64,000 nucleotides of DNA from the human T2T-CHM13v2.0 reference genome, Homo sapiens: the NCBI RefSeq assembly GCF_009914755.1, contig NC_060947.1. The stretch is one strand, 5' to 3'. Position 1 is the stretch's first letter, and every line of letters begins with the position of its first letter. The notes under the pieces were generated by a model. It saw only the letters and a list, made by a program, of their open reading frames with translations, did not search any database and had not been told where the DNA came from. The position numbers were made by a program, and so were the translations under genes. Positions 1 through 13,137 of the stretch are shown here, piece by piece.

Positions 1-300
1 GGCTTGGCCCAGCTAGGCAAGATGGCTCTCAAGAGGACAGTTACCGCGTCCAGTACTGTGTATCCTAGCGACCAGGGCCCAGCCCCTCATTGGCTAGGGA
101 GCCGAGACCAATGGGCACGCACATCCGGCGACGGGCACGCATGTGGTGACGGCCCCTCACAAGGGACACACGTCCGTCAGGTGACCTCATCACTTTCCCA
201 TTGGCCTCGAGGGAGCAGGCCTGGGCCTAGAAGTGGCTGGAGGGCCGTGGGGGTGGGGTGGGGCGGGGCAGGGGGAATCGCGCTGGTGACCCTCTCTTTG
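1..300 (-). promoter_or_regulatory. H2AB3: CpG/GC-rich promoter and 5'UTR segment, probably of the histone variant H2A.B gene whose CDS lies just left of the window
   Basis: CCAAT/ATTGG boxes (~89, ~107, ~200), GC box GGGGCGGGG (~260-268) and many CpGs. The reverse complement of the first bases (CTAGCTGGGCCAAGCC) matches my recollection of the H2AB 5'UTR. Paralog identity is inferred from position next to TMLHE, not from a CDS. Confidence 0.5.
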
Positions 301-1179
301 CCAGTGGGAACTTTCCCTTTCTACTGGATGGGAACACCGTGGGAAAGACAAAGGGGTGGGCGAGGGGAGGACGGGTACCACGCCTTCACAATGTTGCACA
401 TCCATCACGACCACCTAGTTCCAAAACGTTTTCAACACCCCGAAAAGAAACCGAAACCCCTGTACCTATAAGCAGTCACTTGCCGCACGCCTCCTTCCAC
501 ACCACCACTACCAGCCCCCACACCCTCCCACACACACCCCCTGCCCCCGCCCATACACACGTTCCCGATAGTCCCTGACAACCCCTAGTCCATCTGCTTT
601 CTGTCCATAGAGGTTAGCCTGTTCTGGAGATTTCCTATAGATGGAATTATACGACCAAATGTGAGGCCGTGTGTGTCTGGCTGCTTTCACTTAGCGTAAT
701 GGTTTCATCAGGGTGCATCCATGTAGAGGCATGAATCACTACTTCCTTCCTTTGAATGACTGAGTACGATTCTGTTGTATGAATAGGAGGCCACATTTTG
801 TTTACCCACTCGTCAGTTGATGGACAGGTTATTTCCCCCTTCTGGCTATTGTGAGTGGCACTGCCATGACCATCTCTCTACAGGTTTTTCTTTGAATATC
901 TCTTTTCAGTTCTTTTGGGTCTATTTCTAGCAGTCAAACTGCTGGCTCGTGTGGTAATTCTGTTTAACTTATTGAGGAACCACCAAACTGATTTCCACAG
1001 CAGCTGTAATCTTTCGCATTCCCAACAGTAGTGCATGAGAGTCCCAATTTCTTCACAGCCTCATCAAAACCTGTTTTCTGTTTGCCTCATTTTGTTTTGT
1101 TTACAGTAGCCATCCTACTGGGTGTCAAGTGCTATCTCATGGTGGTTTTCATTCGTATTTCCCAAATGGCTAATGATGT

Positions 1180-1516
1180 TGCTGTGGTTTGAGTGCATCC
1201 CCCAAATTGTGTGTCTTGGAAACTTAATCCCCAAATTCACATGTTGATTGGAGGCGCAGCCTCTGAGACGGTAATTAGGATTAGATAAGGTCATCGGGGT
1301 GAGACCCCCAGGATGCGACTGGTGGCTTTATAAGAATAGGAAGAGAGGCCTGAAACGACATACACGCTCTTGCCCTCTCGCCGTGTGATACCCTCTGCCG
1401 TCCCCAGATGCCGGGTCACTTCCCAGTCCCCAGAACGGTAAGAAATAAATTTCTTTTCTTTATAAATTGTTCAGTGTCGGGTATTCAATTATGGCAACAG
1501 AAAACAGACTAAGACA
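1180..1516 (+). mobile_element. MaLR solo LTR (MST/MLT1A-like)
   Basis: Starts tgctgtggtttgagtg; has AATAAA-tttcttttctttataaatt; ends aacagactaagaca, typical MaLR ends. Confidence 0.75.
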
Positions 1517-2649
1517 TCTTTTCATGTGCTTCTTGGCCCTCTGTACCTCTGCTTTGGAGGAATGTCTATTCAAGCCCTTTGCCCATTTTTTAATTCGGTT
1601 GATTGTATTTTGGCTGTGGGCTTCTAAAACTTATTCATATATTCTGGAAAATAGACTCTTATCAGATATGTGACTTGCAAATGTTTCTCCCATTCACTTT
1701 CTGGATAGAGCCCTTTGTTGCCCAAAAGATTTACATTTGGATGTAGTCCAACTTGCCAAATGAAAAGATATCTGTGGCTTTGCCTTTGGTGTCATACTGA
1801 AGGAGCTGTTGCCTAATCCAAGGTCGTGCAAAGTTACATCTCCGTTTTCTTCTTAGAGTTTTATAGTTTCAGCCCTTACATTTAGATCTGTGATCCATTT
1901 TGAATTAATTCTTTACATGATGTGAGGTAGGGGTCCAGGGGCCTTCTTTTGCATGTGGCTATCCAGTTGTCCCAGCGCAGTTTGTTGAGGGGATTATTCT
2001 TCCCCTCCACCCATTGAGGGGTGCCGGAACTCTTACTGAAAATAAACTTTACATAAATATATGGGTTTATTCCTGACTCTGAGTTCTGTAACATTGACCT
2101 AATGTATCGATCACGATGGCAGTACCACCCTTTTCGGATTACTGCGGTTTTGTAGTACGTTTTGAAATTGGGAAGTGTGAGTCCTTCAACTTTTTTCTTT
2201 TCTGAGATTGTTTTGGCTATCTGAGCCCCTTACATTTTCTTATGAATTTTAGGATCAGCTTGTCAGTTTTTACAAAGAAGGCAGGTTGGATTCTGACAGG
2301 CATCACGATGAATCTGTATATTGCCTTGGAGATTATGGGCATCTTAACAGTATTAAGTGTCCCAATCCGTTAACACAAAATGCCTTTCGATTTATTTAGG
2401 TCTTCTTTAATTTATTTTAGCAACGTCTTGAAATTTTCAGAGTATACATCTTGTACACCTTTAGTTAAATTTATTCCTCGACATTTTATTGTTTCGATGC
2501 TACTGTAAAATGAATCATTTCCTTAATCTTATTTTCATGTTATTCATTGCTAGGGTGTAGAAATACAACCGACTGTTGCAGATTGATCTTGGATACTGCA
2601 ACTTTGCTGAGCCGAATATGCTTTGCTGAGCATACTCAGACAGGGTTGG

Positions 2650-3046
2650 CATATTAGTCCGTTCCTACACTGCTATAAAGAACTGCCTGAGAATGGGTAA
2701 TTCCTAAAGAAAAGAGGTTTAATTGCCTCATGGTTCTGCAGGCTGTACAAGGCTTCTGCTTCTGGGCAGGCCTCAGGAAACGTGCAATCATGGCGGAAGG
2801 CGAAGGGGAAGCAAGCACCTTCTTCACATGTTGGAGCAGGAGGAAGAGAGAGAGAACGCACGCAAAGGGGGAAGCGCTGCACATTTTCAAACAATCATCA
2901 GATCTTGTGAGCGCTCTATCAGAAGAATAGCAAGGGGGAAGTCCGCCCCCATGATTCAATCACCTCCCACTAGGCCCTTCCTTCAACAGGTGGGGATTAC
3001 AATTCGACATGAGATTTGGGTGGGGACACAGAGCCAAACCGTCTCA
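2650..3046 (-). mobile_element. MSTA-like MaLR solo LTR
   Basis: attagtccgttcctacactgctataaag ... gagatttgggtggggacacagagccaaacc, antisense MST/THE1 signature. Confidence 0.8.
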
Positions 3047-4314
3047 GTTTTTTTTTTTTTCTTTTGTTGGACTCTTTAGTGTCCTCTATATAAGAACATG
3101 CCATCTATGCATCTATGAATAGAGATGGTTTTACTTGTTCCCTTCCAATCTGGATGCCTTTTATTTCTTTTTCTTGACTAATTGCCCTGACTAGAACTTT
3201 GAGTACGATGTTGAGTTACAAGTGGCATTCCTGATCTTAGGGGGAAATCAACCAGTCTTTCACCATTAAGTATGATATTATCTCTGGGTTTTTCATGGAT
3301 GCCCTCTATCAGGTTGAAGAAGTTTCTTTCTGTTCCTGGTTTGTTGAATTTATTTTCATGAAAGGGTACTGCGTTTTGTCAAATGATCCTTTTTGTACAT
3401 GATTAAGATGACCATGAGCCCCCTCCCCCGCCCCCGCTCCGCCATGCATTCTGTTAATATGGTGTATTATATAAATTGATTTTCACATGTTGAACCAACC
3501 TTACATTTGTGGGATAAATCCTATTTGGTCATAGTGTATAAAGAGTGGTCAATAAACATTTCGTTGAAAGAATAGGAGTGGATCTGGCAAGCTTCTTGGA
3601 GGACAATGTGTGTGTTAAAGAATCTGTAGCATGATGAGAAGCCAAGGCACCGGTGGGAGGAGGGGAGTTGCAACCAATTCATTAAGGCTGGAGAGTACGA
3701 TGCCAGTGGAGCAGTAGTGGTTGATGTGGCTGGGAAAGAGGTAGGCAGGAGCCAAGACATGGAGGTTCTATTATGCCATGCTCAGGTTTTAGAATACCCT
3801 GTAGGCTACACTGAACCCACTGTGGTCTTTCAGCTTGGGAGTGACGTGGTCTGATTTGCCTCTAGAAATATCACCCTGGAAGCTGTGTGGAGAATAGAAC
3901 AGAGAGGATTGTGTGTGGAGAATAGAACAGAGAGGACTGAGATTGGAATTAGAAAGCTGCTGTATTATACCAGTCAAGAAATGACAGATATCTCAACTAA
4001 GACAATGGCATTGGTAGATAAGACTAGGGGACAGAGTCCATAAAAAGTTTAGGTAGTAAAATGGCACACAGTAGACACTCACTACATATTACTCATACTG
4101 GCGAACCTAGCTGGAGACATGATAATTCATGTGCTCATTCTTCAAAAAATATTGAAGGGTAGTGCCAGGTATACTGTGTTAAGCATTGAGACAACACCAA
4201 CGAGAAATATAGATCAGATCCCTGCATGCAGTCTGGCGGAACATACAGACAAGGAGCCAGACAATGAGAACACTATACTGTGATAAGTGCTATGAGAGGG
4301 GAAGTTCAAGGTGC

Positions 4315-4750
4315 TGGTTATAGTTTGGTTTGTTTGACCCCTCCAAATCTCATGTGGAAATTTGATACCCAGTGTTGGAAGGTGGGGTCTAATGGAAGGT
4401 GTTTGAGTCATGGGGTGGATCCTTCATGAATGGCTTGGTGCCAGCCTCGCAGTAATGAGTGAGTTCTCACTTGATTCATTCCCACAAGAGCTGGTTGTTA
4501 AAAAAGAGTGTAGCACCTCCCCCCCACCCCACCTTGATTCCTCTCTCATCATGTGATCTCTGCACTTGCCGGCTCCCCTTCACCTTATGCCATGAGTGGA
4601 AGCAGCCTGAGACCCTCACCAGAAACCAAGCAGATGCCAGCACCATGTTTCCTGTACAGCCTGCAGAATCATGAGCCAAATAAACCTCTTTTCTTTATAA
4701 ATTACCCAGCCTCAGGTATTCCTTTATAGCAACACAGATGGACTAAGAAA
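4315..4750 (+). mobile_element. MSTB-like MaLR solo LTR inserted into an L2 element
   Basis: tatagtttggtttgtttgacccctccaaatctcatg ... aaattacccagcctcaggtattcctttatagcaacacagatggactaaga; L2-like sequence on both sides. Confidence 0.8.
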
Positions 4751-7204
4751 GTGCTGTAGGAACACATAAGAGGAGTACTTTACACAGACGTTTGGGGTTG
4801 GGGAAATGTTCCTGGAGAAATGGTGTCCAATATGAAGCTTGAAGAACGAGTACAAGTTAGCCAATTGGAAAAGCGGGGCATTGGTTGGCAGGGGAGGGGA
4901 GTGGCGATGGGGAAGTGAAAAAGCTCTAGCATGACTCCACAGGGATAGAGTGAGGTGACCACAGACTTTGGAGTCATTCCTGGACAAATGGGATGAAGGA
5001 GGAGGTCTGCGTATGGGTAGGAAGATGAGTTCAGTCTTGAGCGTGTGAAATTTGAAATGCCTGTGGGATATCCAGATGGAGATGAAGGAGATTTGGCTTA
5101 GGAGTTCAGGAGTGAAGTCAATACTGAAAATACAGATTTGCGACTCATCAGGGTAGTTCTTGAAGCCATGAATGTAGTTGAGACCATTCAGGGAGAGCAC
5201 ATAGAATATATAAGGGGACCAAGGACAACTTCTTTTAAGGGGCAAGCAAAAGAGGAACATCATTGGAAGAAGACTAGAGGAGTGTCTCCACAGATAAAGT
5301 TGGTGCGGGGTGGGGGGGCACGCTAAAAGATAATCAAGCCAGAAAGAGATGAGAGCAAAGGTGCAGAAGGAAGCCAGAGGAACTGAAGAAGAAGGGACAA
5401 ACTCAGAAACACTTGCTGAGTTCCAAAATGATAAGCATTAAAACCTGTTCACTGAGTTAAGCAATGCAAGTGTTGCTGGGGGCCTTGGCAAGAGCAATTT
5501 CAGTGGAGGGGCTGGAGGCAGAAACTAGACCAGACTTGTACTAGGAGCTCGTGAGAAATTCTAAGACATATCTTCCCAATACTGGGCAGCATGATAAATG
5601 TCCACATTAGAGAGAATTGGTGAGCAGGTCATGCTCAGCCAAGGCATTTTACATGCCTAGTGGAATCTCATGCAGGAAGCTTCTCTAAGCGTAGAGGTAA
5701 GGGTAGGTCTGATGGCAACAATCTCTCTTACTTTTCCTTCTTCTGCGAATGTCTTGATTTCCCCTGCATTCCTGAAGGTAATTTCACTTTGTAGACAGGG
5801 TTCTGGTTCTTTTGTTTCGCCACTTGAGAAGTGTTATGCCACTTCCTCTGGCCTCCATGGTTTCTAATGAGAAATATATTGCCATTCTAATTCCTTTTCC
5901 CGTATAGGTAAGGTTTCCTTTCTCTCTCTCTCTGCTTTTGGGACTTTTTTCCTAGGTCCTTAGTTTTCAGAAGTTTGACTGTGATGCTTCTTGGTGTAGG
6001 TTTCTTTAAGATTATTCTGTTTGGGGTTCACTCAGCTTCTTAAATGTACAGGCATGTGTCTTTTGCCGTATTTAGAATCTTCCAGCCATTATTTATTTGA
6101 ATACTTTTTCAGTCCCACCCCCTTCCTCCTTTCCTTCTGTCACTATGATGACACAAAAGGTAGCTCTTTTGTCATATTCCCACAGATCCCCAAGTCTCCA
6201 CTCATTTTTCCCCCAGTCACTTAGGCTCAGGCCACATGTTCTGACCGGGGGTTTTATTGTTAGTTCCATTTCAAAGCCTTTGCAATGGTATTTGGTTCTG
6301 TTAAGCATGATCAGCAGTCTTGGAGCTGGCGAGGTCTATATCCCTTACTCAGTGCAGTTCTCAAAGTCCTTTGTATGTCGTACAGGATCACATCTGTACA
6401 TACACACCTTGTGGGGTAAGCCCAGAAGCTCATACACAGCTTCATGGGTTTACTTTCCCAAGCACTTCCTCCCTCCCTGCAATCTCCCCAGCACTTTCTG
6501 CTTCCCTCAGCTTCCCCTTTTCAACCTTGTAGCCATGAAGCTGTTGCTGTCGCTTTAGTGACTCTTCTCTGCCACACGCTTCCTGTGCCTTTGCCTTCCT
6601 CTGGTGTGATTCGGCAGGAAGACCAAAGAGGGGAAAAAGAAGTCACGGGCACCCCTTTGGGACCTACAATCAGAGAGGAAGGTTACTTTCCTTCAGAGCT
6701 TTAATCACCTGAAGGCCCTGGCGGCTGCCACTGTCACTGTCACTGCCTCTGTCACCACCACTGCTGCCACAGGATTGCCTGTGGGCTAGAACATGAAAGT
6801 ACAAAGAAAAGAAGAAAGAAAAACTGGGGATTCCCTTAACTATCGCTGAGGGTTAGTATTCCCTTTTCCCTCTTCTCAAGTCAGAACCAGAGCTCTCTCT
6901 GTTCACACCACTGTCTACTTCTAACTTGCAGGCTACGTTGAGCCAAGGATACTAAAGGGGGGAAAATGTCAAATTCACTGCTGTTTCAGTGGTGCTTCAA
7001 ATTGTAGTCTTTCCCCGGTCTGCCTCCTTCCATTTACTTTTCAGAGTCCTCAAATAGCTGGCCCATGCACTGTGTCCACATTTTATAGCTGCATTCAGTA
7101 GAGTGTGCATGCTTCATCTCACCCAGGAGCAGAAACATTCTGGAGATGTTACATTTTACTTTTATATTTAAGTGGAACAAATTTGTTCCCTTGTAAGTAA
7201 TTGA

Positions 7205-7253
7205 TGTGTGTGTGTGTGTGTGTGTGCACGTGCGCGTGTGCACGCGCGCGTGC
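7205..7253. repeat. (TG)n plus alternating purine-pyrimidine tract
   Basis: (tg)~11 followed by cacgtgcgcgtgtgcacgcgcgcgtgc. Confidence 0.9.
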
Positions 7254-7844
7254 TTAGGTGTCTTTAATTTAAAGAATTTAAGAAATTCTTTAATTTTTTT
7301 TGAAGTACCATAACACAACTAGAATATATCTCAATATTGATTGTTCTGCATCAATTTTTGATGGTAGAGACTTTGTCGTTTTGAGGAGCAGGTTCAATTC
7401 TTCCTTTATTTCTGGAAACTTTTCACATATGGCATCTGTGGATATTTTTCTATCCCATTTATTAGGCTCTTTACTTAAGGCATGTAAATTATCTTAATGT
7501 TGGATCAGCATTAGCGTGACCATCTAAAGTCCTTCCTCCATGCCCTTGTTTCGATTTGTGTGCATGTCTCTTCTGCGTCTTGCTCTTCCTAATTTACTTC
7601 TTTGATCCACCATGTGGTTCTTTGAGTTCTCGGTTTCTTTTCTGAGCTCAGTAATCTCCTTTTTTAAAAAAAAAAAAATCATATTCGGTTGCCAATCATC
7701 TGGTCTTTGAAACTTTGTTAAGTTGAAATCATATTTTAAATTTTACTATGGCTTAGAGAACTCTAGGGTTAGTTGCACCTGTTCCTTGTTTTATGCATTC
7801 TTCCAGTCTGTGATGGTTATCTGTCTTTTGTATACTATGATGGT

Positions 7845-8050
7845 TTCTTTCTTTCTCTTTCTTCTTCCTTTCTTCTTTCTTTTTTCTTTCTTCTTCTTTC
7901 TTTCTCTTTCTATTTCCTTATTTCTTTTCTTCTTTTTCTTCCTTCCCTCCTCCCCTCTTCTCTTTTTCCCTCCTTTCTTCCTTCTTTCTTCCTTCCTTCC
8001 TCCCTCCCTCTCTCTCTCCTCTCTTCCCTCCTTTTCCCTCTCCCTCTATC
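7845..8050. repeat. CT-rich polypyrimidine low-complexity tract
   Basis: ~200 bp almost entirely C/T on the + strand. Confidence 0.9.
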
Positions 8051-8544
8051 CCTGTAGATTGTTAGCATCATTGCTAAACCACTTATTTTTATTTCAATTA
8101 TGGAAAACATTGTCAGACGTTCTATTTGCTCTAACATTCTGAGGGTGATAATTTGAGGGCAGGCGGGATGTTGATTTCAATCTACCTTTTCTTCTAAGAT
8201 CTTGCTAAATATCATGTATCATGCTCTAGTCCATCCATGCAAGGGTGTGTCTTACTCTGAGGGTTTTGTTTTGTTTGCCCAACTCAGCACGGTGTCTTGG
8301 AAAATGGAAAGAATTGGGAGCCTTCCTACCGCTGGTGAAATCTAGGAGTGGCAGTTGAGGGCTTCTGTTCACAAAGGTATTTACTTTTTTCTGCTTATTC
8401 TCTCAGTCCATTTCTCCTCAAGTTAGAGAGCCTTACATCCCATTCTCAGGATCTGACTGGCTCACATTGTTTTTCCTCAGTATTGCTTCCAGGGGGTGGG
8501 GACAGAATGAGAAGTGTGCTAAACCAGCCATCCTCCCCACAAGA

Positions 8545-11500
8545 ATTTATACATATATATATATGTACTATAAATATATAGTACATATATATATATGTAC
8601 TATAAATATATAGTACATATATATGTACAATAATACATATATATGTACTATATATAATACATATATAAATACATATATAAACACCTATATAATATACATG
8701 TATATATGAATACCTATATATTTATATATATGCATATATATGTATGTATATGTATATATGTATGTATATGTATATGTATATATGTATGTATATGTATATA
8801 CGTATGTATGTATACATATGTGTATATATGTGCATATATTATATATGTATATATTTATATATAAATGTGCATATATTTATATATATAAATCTGTATATAT
8901 TTATATATATAAATGCGTATATATACATACGTATACATTTGTATGTATAAATACGTATATATTTGTATATATAAATACGTAGATATAAATACATATATGT
9001 ATATTTATATATAAATATGTATATATAAATATAAATGTATTTATACTTATATAAATACATATATATGTATTTATAGGTATATAACTACATATATATGTAT
9101 TTATAGTTATATAACTACATATATATGTATTTTTAGTTATATAACTACACATATATGTATTTATAGTTACATATATATGTATTTATAGTTATATAACTAC
9201 ATATATGTATTTATAGTTACATCTATATGTATTTATAGTTACATATATATGTATTTATAGTTATATAACTACATATATGTATTTATAGTTATATAACTAC
9301 ATATATGTATTTATAGTTATATAACTACATATATGTATTTATAGTTATATAACTACATATATGTATTTATAGTTATATAACTACATATATGTATTTATAG
9401 TTATATAAATACACATATGTATTTATAGTTATATACATATATATGTATTTATAGTGAAATACATATATATGTATTTATAGTTATGTAAATACATATAAAT
9501 ATATATGTATTTATAGCTATATAAATATATATACGTATTTATAGTTATATAAATGTATATAAATATATACTTATTGTTATATAAATATAAATATATACTT
9601 ATTTATAGTTATATAAATATATATAAATATATACTTATTTATAGTTATATAAATATATAAATATATACTTACTTATAGTTATATAAATATATAAATATAT
9701 ACTTACTTATAGTTATATAAATATATAAATATATACTTATTTATAGTTATATAAATATATAAATTTGTACTTATTTATAGTTTTATAAATATATAAATAT
9801 ATACTTATTTATAGTTATATACATAGATAAATATATACTTATTTATAGTTATATATAAATATATACATATTTATAGTTATATATAAATATATACGTATTT
9901 AGATTTATATAAATATATATAAATATATACGTATTTATAGTTATATAAATATATATAAATATATACGTATTTATAGTTATATAAATATATATAAATATAT
10001 ACGTATTTATAGTTATATAAATATATACGTATTTATAGTTATATAAATATATATAAATATGTTCATATTTGTAGTTATATAAATATATATAAATATATAC
10101 GTATTTATAGTTATATAAATATATATAAATTTATACGTATTTATAGTTATATAAATATATACGTATTTATAGTTATATAAATATATACGTATTTATAGTT
10201 ATATAAATATATACGTATTTATAGTTATATAAATATATACGTATTTATAGTTATATAAATATATACGTATTTATAGTTATATAAATACGTATGTATTTAT
10301 AGTTATATAAATATATATGAATATATATGTATTTATAGTTATATAAATATATATGAATATATATGTATTTATAGTTATATAAATATATATGAATATATAT
10401 GTATTTATAGTTATATAAATATGTATATGTATTTATAGTTATATAAATCAATATATATGTATTGATAGTTATATCAATATATATGTATTTATAGTTATAT
10501 AAATATATATAAATATGTATGTATTTATGGTTATATAAATATATGTAAATATGTATGTATTTATAGTTATATAAATATATATAAATATGTATGTATGTAT
10601 AGTTATATAAATATATATAAATATATATGTAAAATATATGTATCTATCGTTATATAAATATATATGTATCTATCATTATATAAATATATATGTATCTATC
10701 GTTATATAAATATATATGTATCTATCGTTATATAAATATATATGTATCTATCGTTATACAAATATATATGTATCTATCGTTATATAAATATATATGTATC
10801 TATCGTTATATCAATATATATGTATCTATAGTTATATAAACATATATGTATCTATAGTTATATAAATATATATGTATTTATAGTTATATAAATATATATG
10901 TGTTTATAGTTATATAAACACATGTATATTTTTGTATTTATATAAATATAAATACATGTATATTTATGTATTTATATAACTATAAATACATGTGTATTTA
11001 TGTATTTATATTTATATAAATATACATGTATATTTATGTATTTATATTTATATAAATATGCATGTATTTATATTTATATAAATACATGTAAATATACATG
11101 TATTTATATAAATAGATAGACATATATTTATATAAATACATGTAAATATTCATGTATGTATGTTTATATAAATACATGTAAATATACATGCATGTATATT
11201 TATATAAATACATGTAAATATACATGCATGTATATTTATATAAATATATATGTAATATACATGCATGTATATTTATATAAATATATATGTAATATACGTG
11301 TATGTATATTTATATAAATATATATGTAATATACGTGTATGTATATTTATAGAAATATATTTGTAACATACATGTATGTATATTGATGTAAATATATATG
11401 TAACATACGTGTAAGTACATTTATATAAATATATATGTAATATACATGTAAGTATATTTATATAAATATATATGTAATATACATGTATTTATATTTGTAT

Positions 11501-11612
11501 CTATATATGTAATATACATGTATTTATATAAATACTTATATAATATACATGTAGATATACATACATGTGTAATGCATGTATGTATATTCATATAAATATA
11601 TATATATATATT
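8545..11612. repeat. ~3.07-kb AT-rich degenerate minisatellite/VNTR
   Basis: Tandem 26-34-bp units, e.g. tatagttatataactacatatatgtatt (28 bp), cgtatttatagttatataaatatata (26 bp), tatctatcgttatataaatatatatg (26 bp). Confidence 0.95.
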
Positions 11613-11813
11613 CCTGGGAAGCCACTTTCCTCCCTCTCTCCCTCCTTCTCCTGCTTCTCCTCCTTGGTCTTCTCTTCTTCTCCTCCTTAGTCTTCTCTTC
11701 TTCTCATTCTGCTTTTTACCATTATTTATGTATTATTTTTTAATTTATTTAGTAGGATCGGGGAAGGGAGATTCTTTTATCTTTCTTCACTCTGCCATCT
11801 TTTACAAATAAAT

Positions 11814-12289
11814 TGTAATGTTACTGACTCCAAGTTAAGATAAAAGTTTGCTTGCTTGAATGTGATTATTGCTTTGCTTGAGTTTGTAGATTATTCACTA
11901 AAAATAGTCTCAGGAAAACAGGACCTTCAACAGAGATAAAAGAAAACACGCCAACCAGCAGCTCTGGGAAGGGGCTGACCAGCCTGGTAAGAATAGGCTG
12001 ACGGTGCCTGTGGAAGGTCACAAAACATTGACCAAGAAAGCAGTGATTAACTGCCCACCTGAGACTGAACACGTTTTAGAAGAATGTTTTGATCATTATT
12101 TCCTCTGCTTTCCCTTAAAAAACCCTAATCCAGAGGCACAACTCAGAGAGGTGATCACTGAAGTCTAGTTCACTGACTCCTCCCGGTTGCTGGCTTCTCA
12201 AATAAAGCTAACTTTCCTTTCACCAAAGCTCCTCTCTTTGAGTTTTTGGCCTTCAGGTGATGAATGGCCTGGACCGGAGTTCAGTTACA
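11814..12289 (+). mobile_element. ERV1-class (MER4-group-like) solo LTR, 476 bp
   Basis: TGTAA...TTACA inverted termini; 4-bp TSD AAAT (11810-11813 and 12290-12293); AATAAA at ~12201. Family not determined. Confidence 0.75.
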
Positions 12290-12729
12290 AAATCTCTGGT
12301 TTTGAAGGGTTATTTTTTTATTCCTGGGATATATTCCGGCTGACTTGGAGTTAGTTTTAGATAAATGTAAGCTTTCTAATGGATCTGAATCCACACTAAC
12401 GGATATGAAATTATCAAGGTCTTTTTATTTTTAATCGCAAACACTTCATTTTATCAAATCTTAATCGTCTCCAATTTCACCGCAAACAATGCAAGGACCT
12501 TGTCTTACAAGTCAGTGCTGTCCAGTATTTAGTTATAATTTGGTCAGTCATATTGTTTTTATGCAGTCTTTTTTTTTTTTTTTTGGACTCATGGCCATGG
12601 TTACTAGTTTCTTTGTTCACCATTCCTCTGTTGCATCTTGCTTTGTTCTTTTCGTTCAATTTCCTTTTAATGGAAGAACATCTTTAAGTCGTTCTTTCAG
12701 TGAGGGTTTGTGAGTGGTCAGCCCTCTCA

Positions 12730-13137
<408 letters not shown>

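Larger units (their letters stand above)
385..3540 (-). mobile_element. Old L1M (L1MB-like) 3' portion, interrupted by two MaLR LTRs
   Basis: Typical L1M 3'UTR and ORF2-end antisense sequence. Minus-strand ORF 1882..2094 resembles degenerate L1 ORF2 (NKLRWDNWIATCKRRPLDPYLT). Confidence 0.7.

Noticed and set aside
4-578. 155-aa and 106-aa + strand ORFs at the window start
   Set aside because: No recognisable domain; not histone H2A.B sequence; GC-rich promoter running into an L1M remnant; non-ATG starts
3884-3936. 25-bp near-tandem duplication tgtgtggagaatagaacagagagga
   Set aside because: Ordinary slippage duplication in a decayed repeat; no functional clue
7723-8142. Hydrophobic F/L/S-rich ORFs that look like membrane proteins
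   Set aside because: Translation of the CT-rich low-complexity tract
8740-11225. Y/I/M-rich ORFs, and a regularly spaced palindromic array superficially like CRISPR
   Set aside because: Eukaryotic AT-rich minisatellite; no unique spacers and no cas genes
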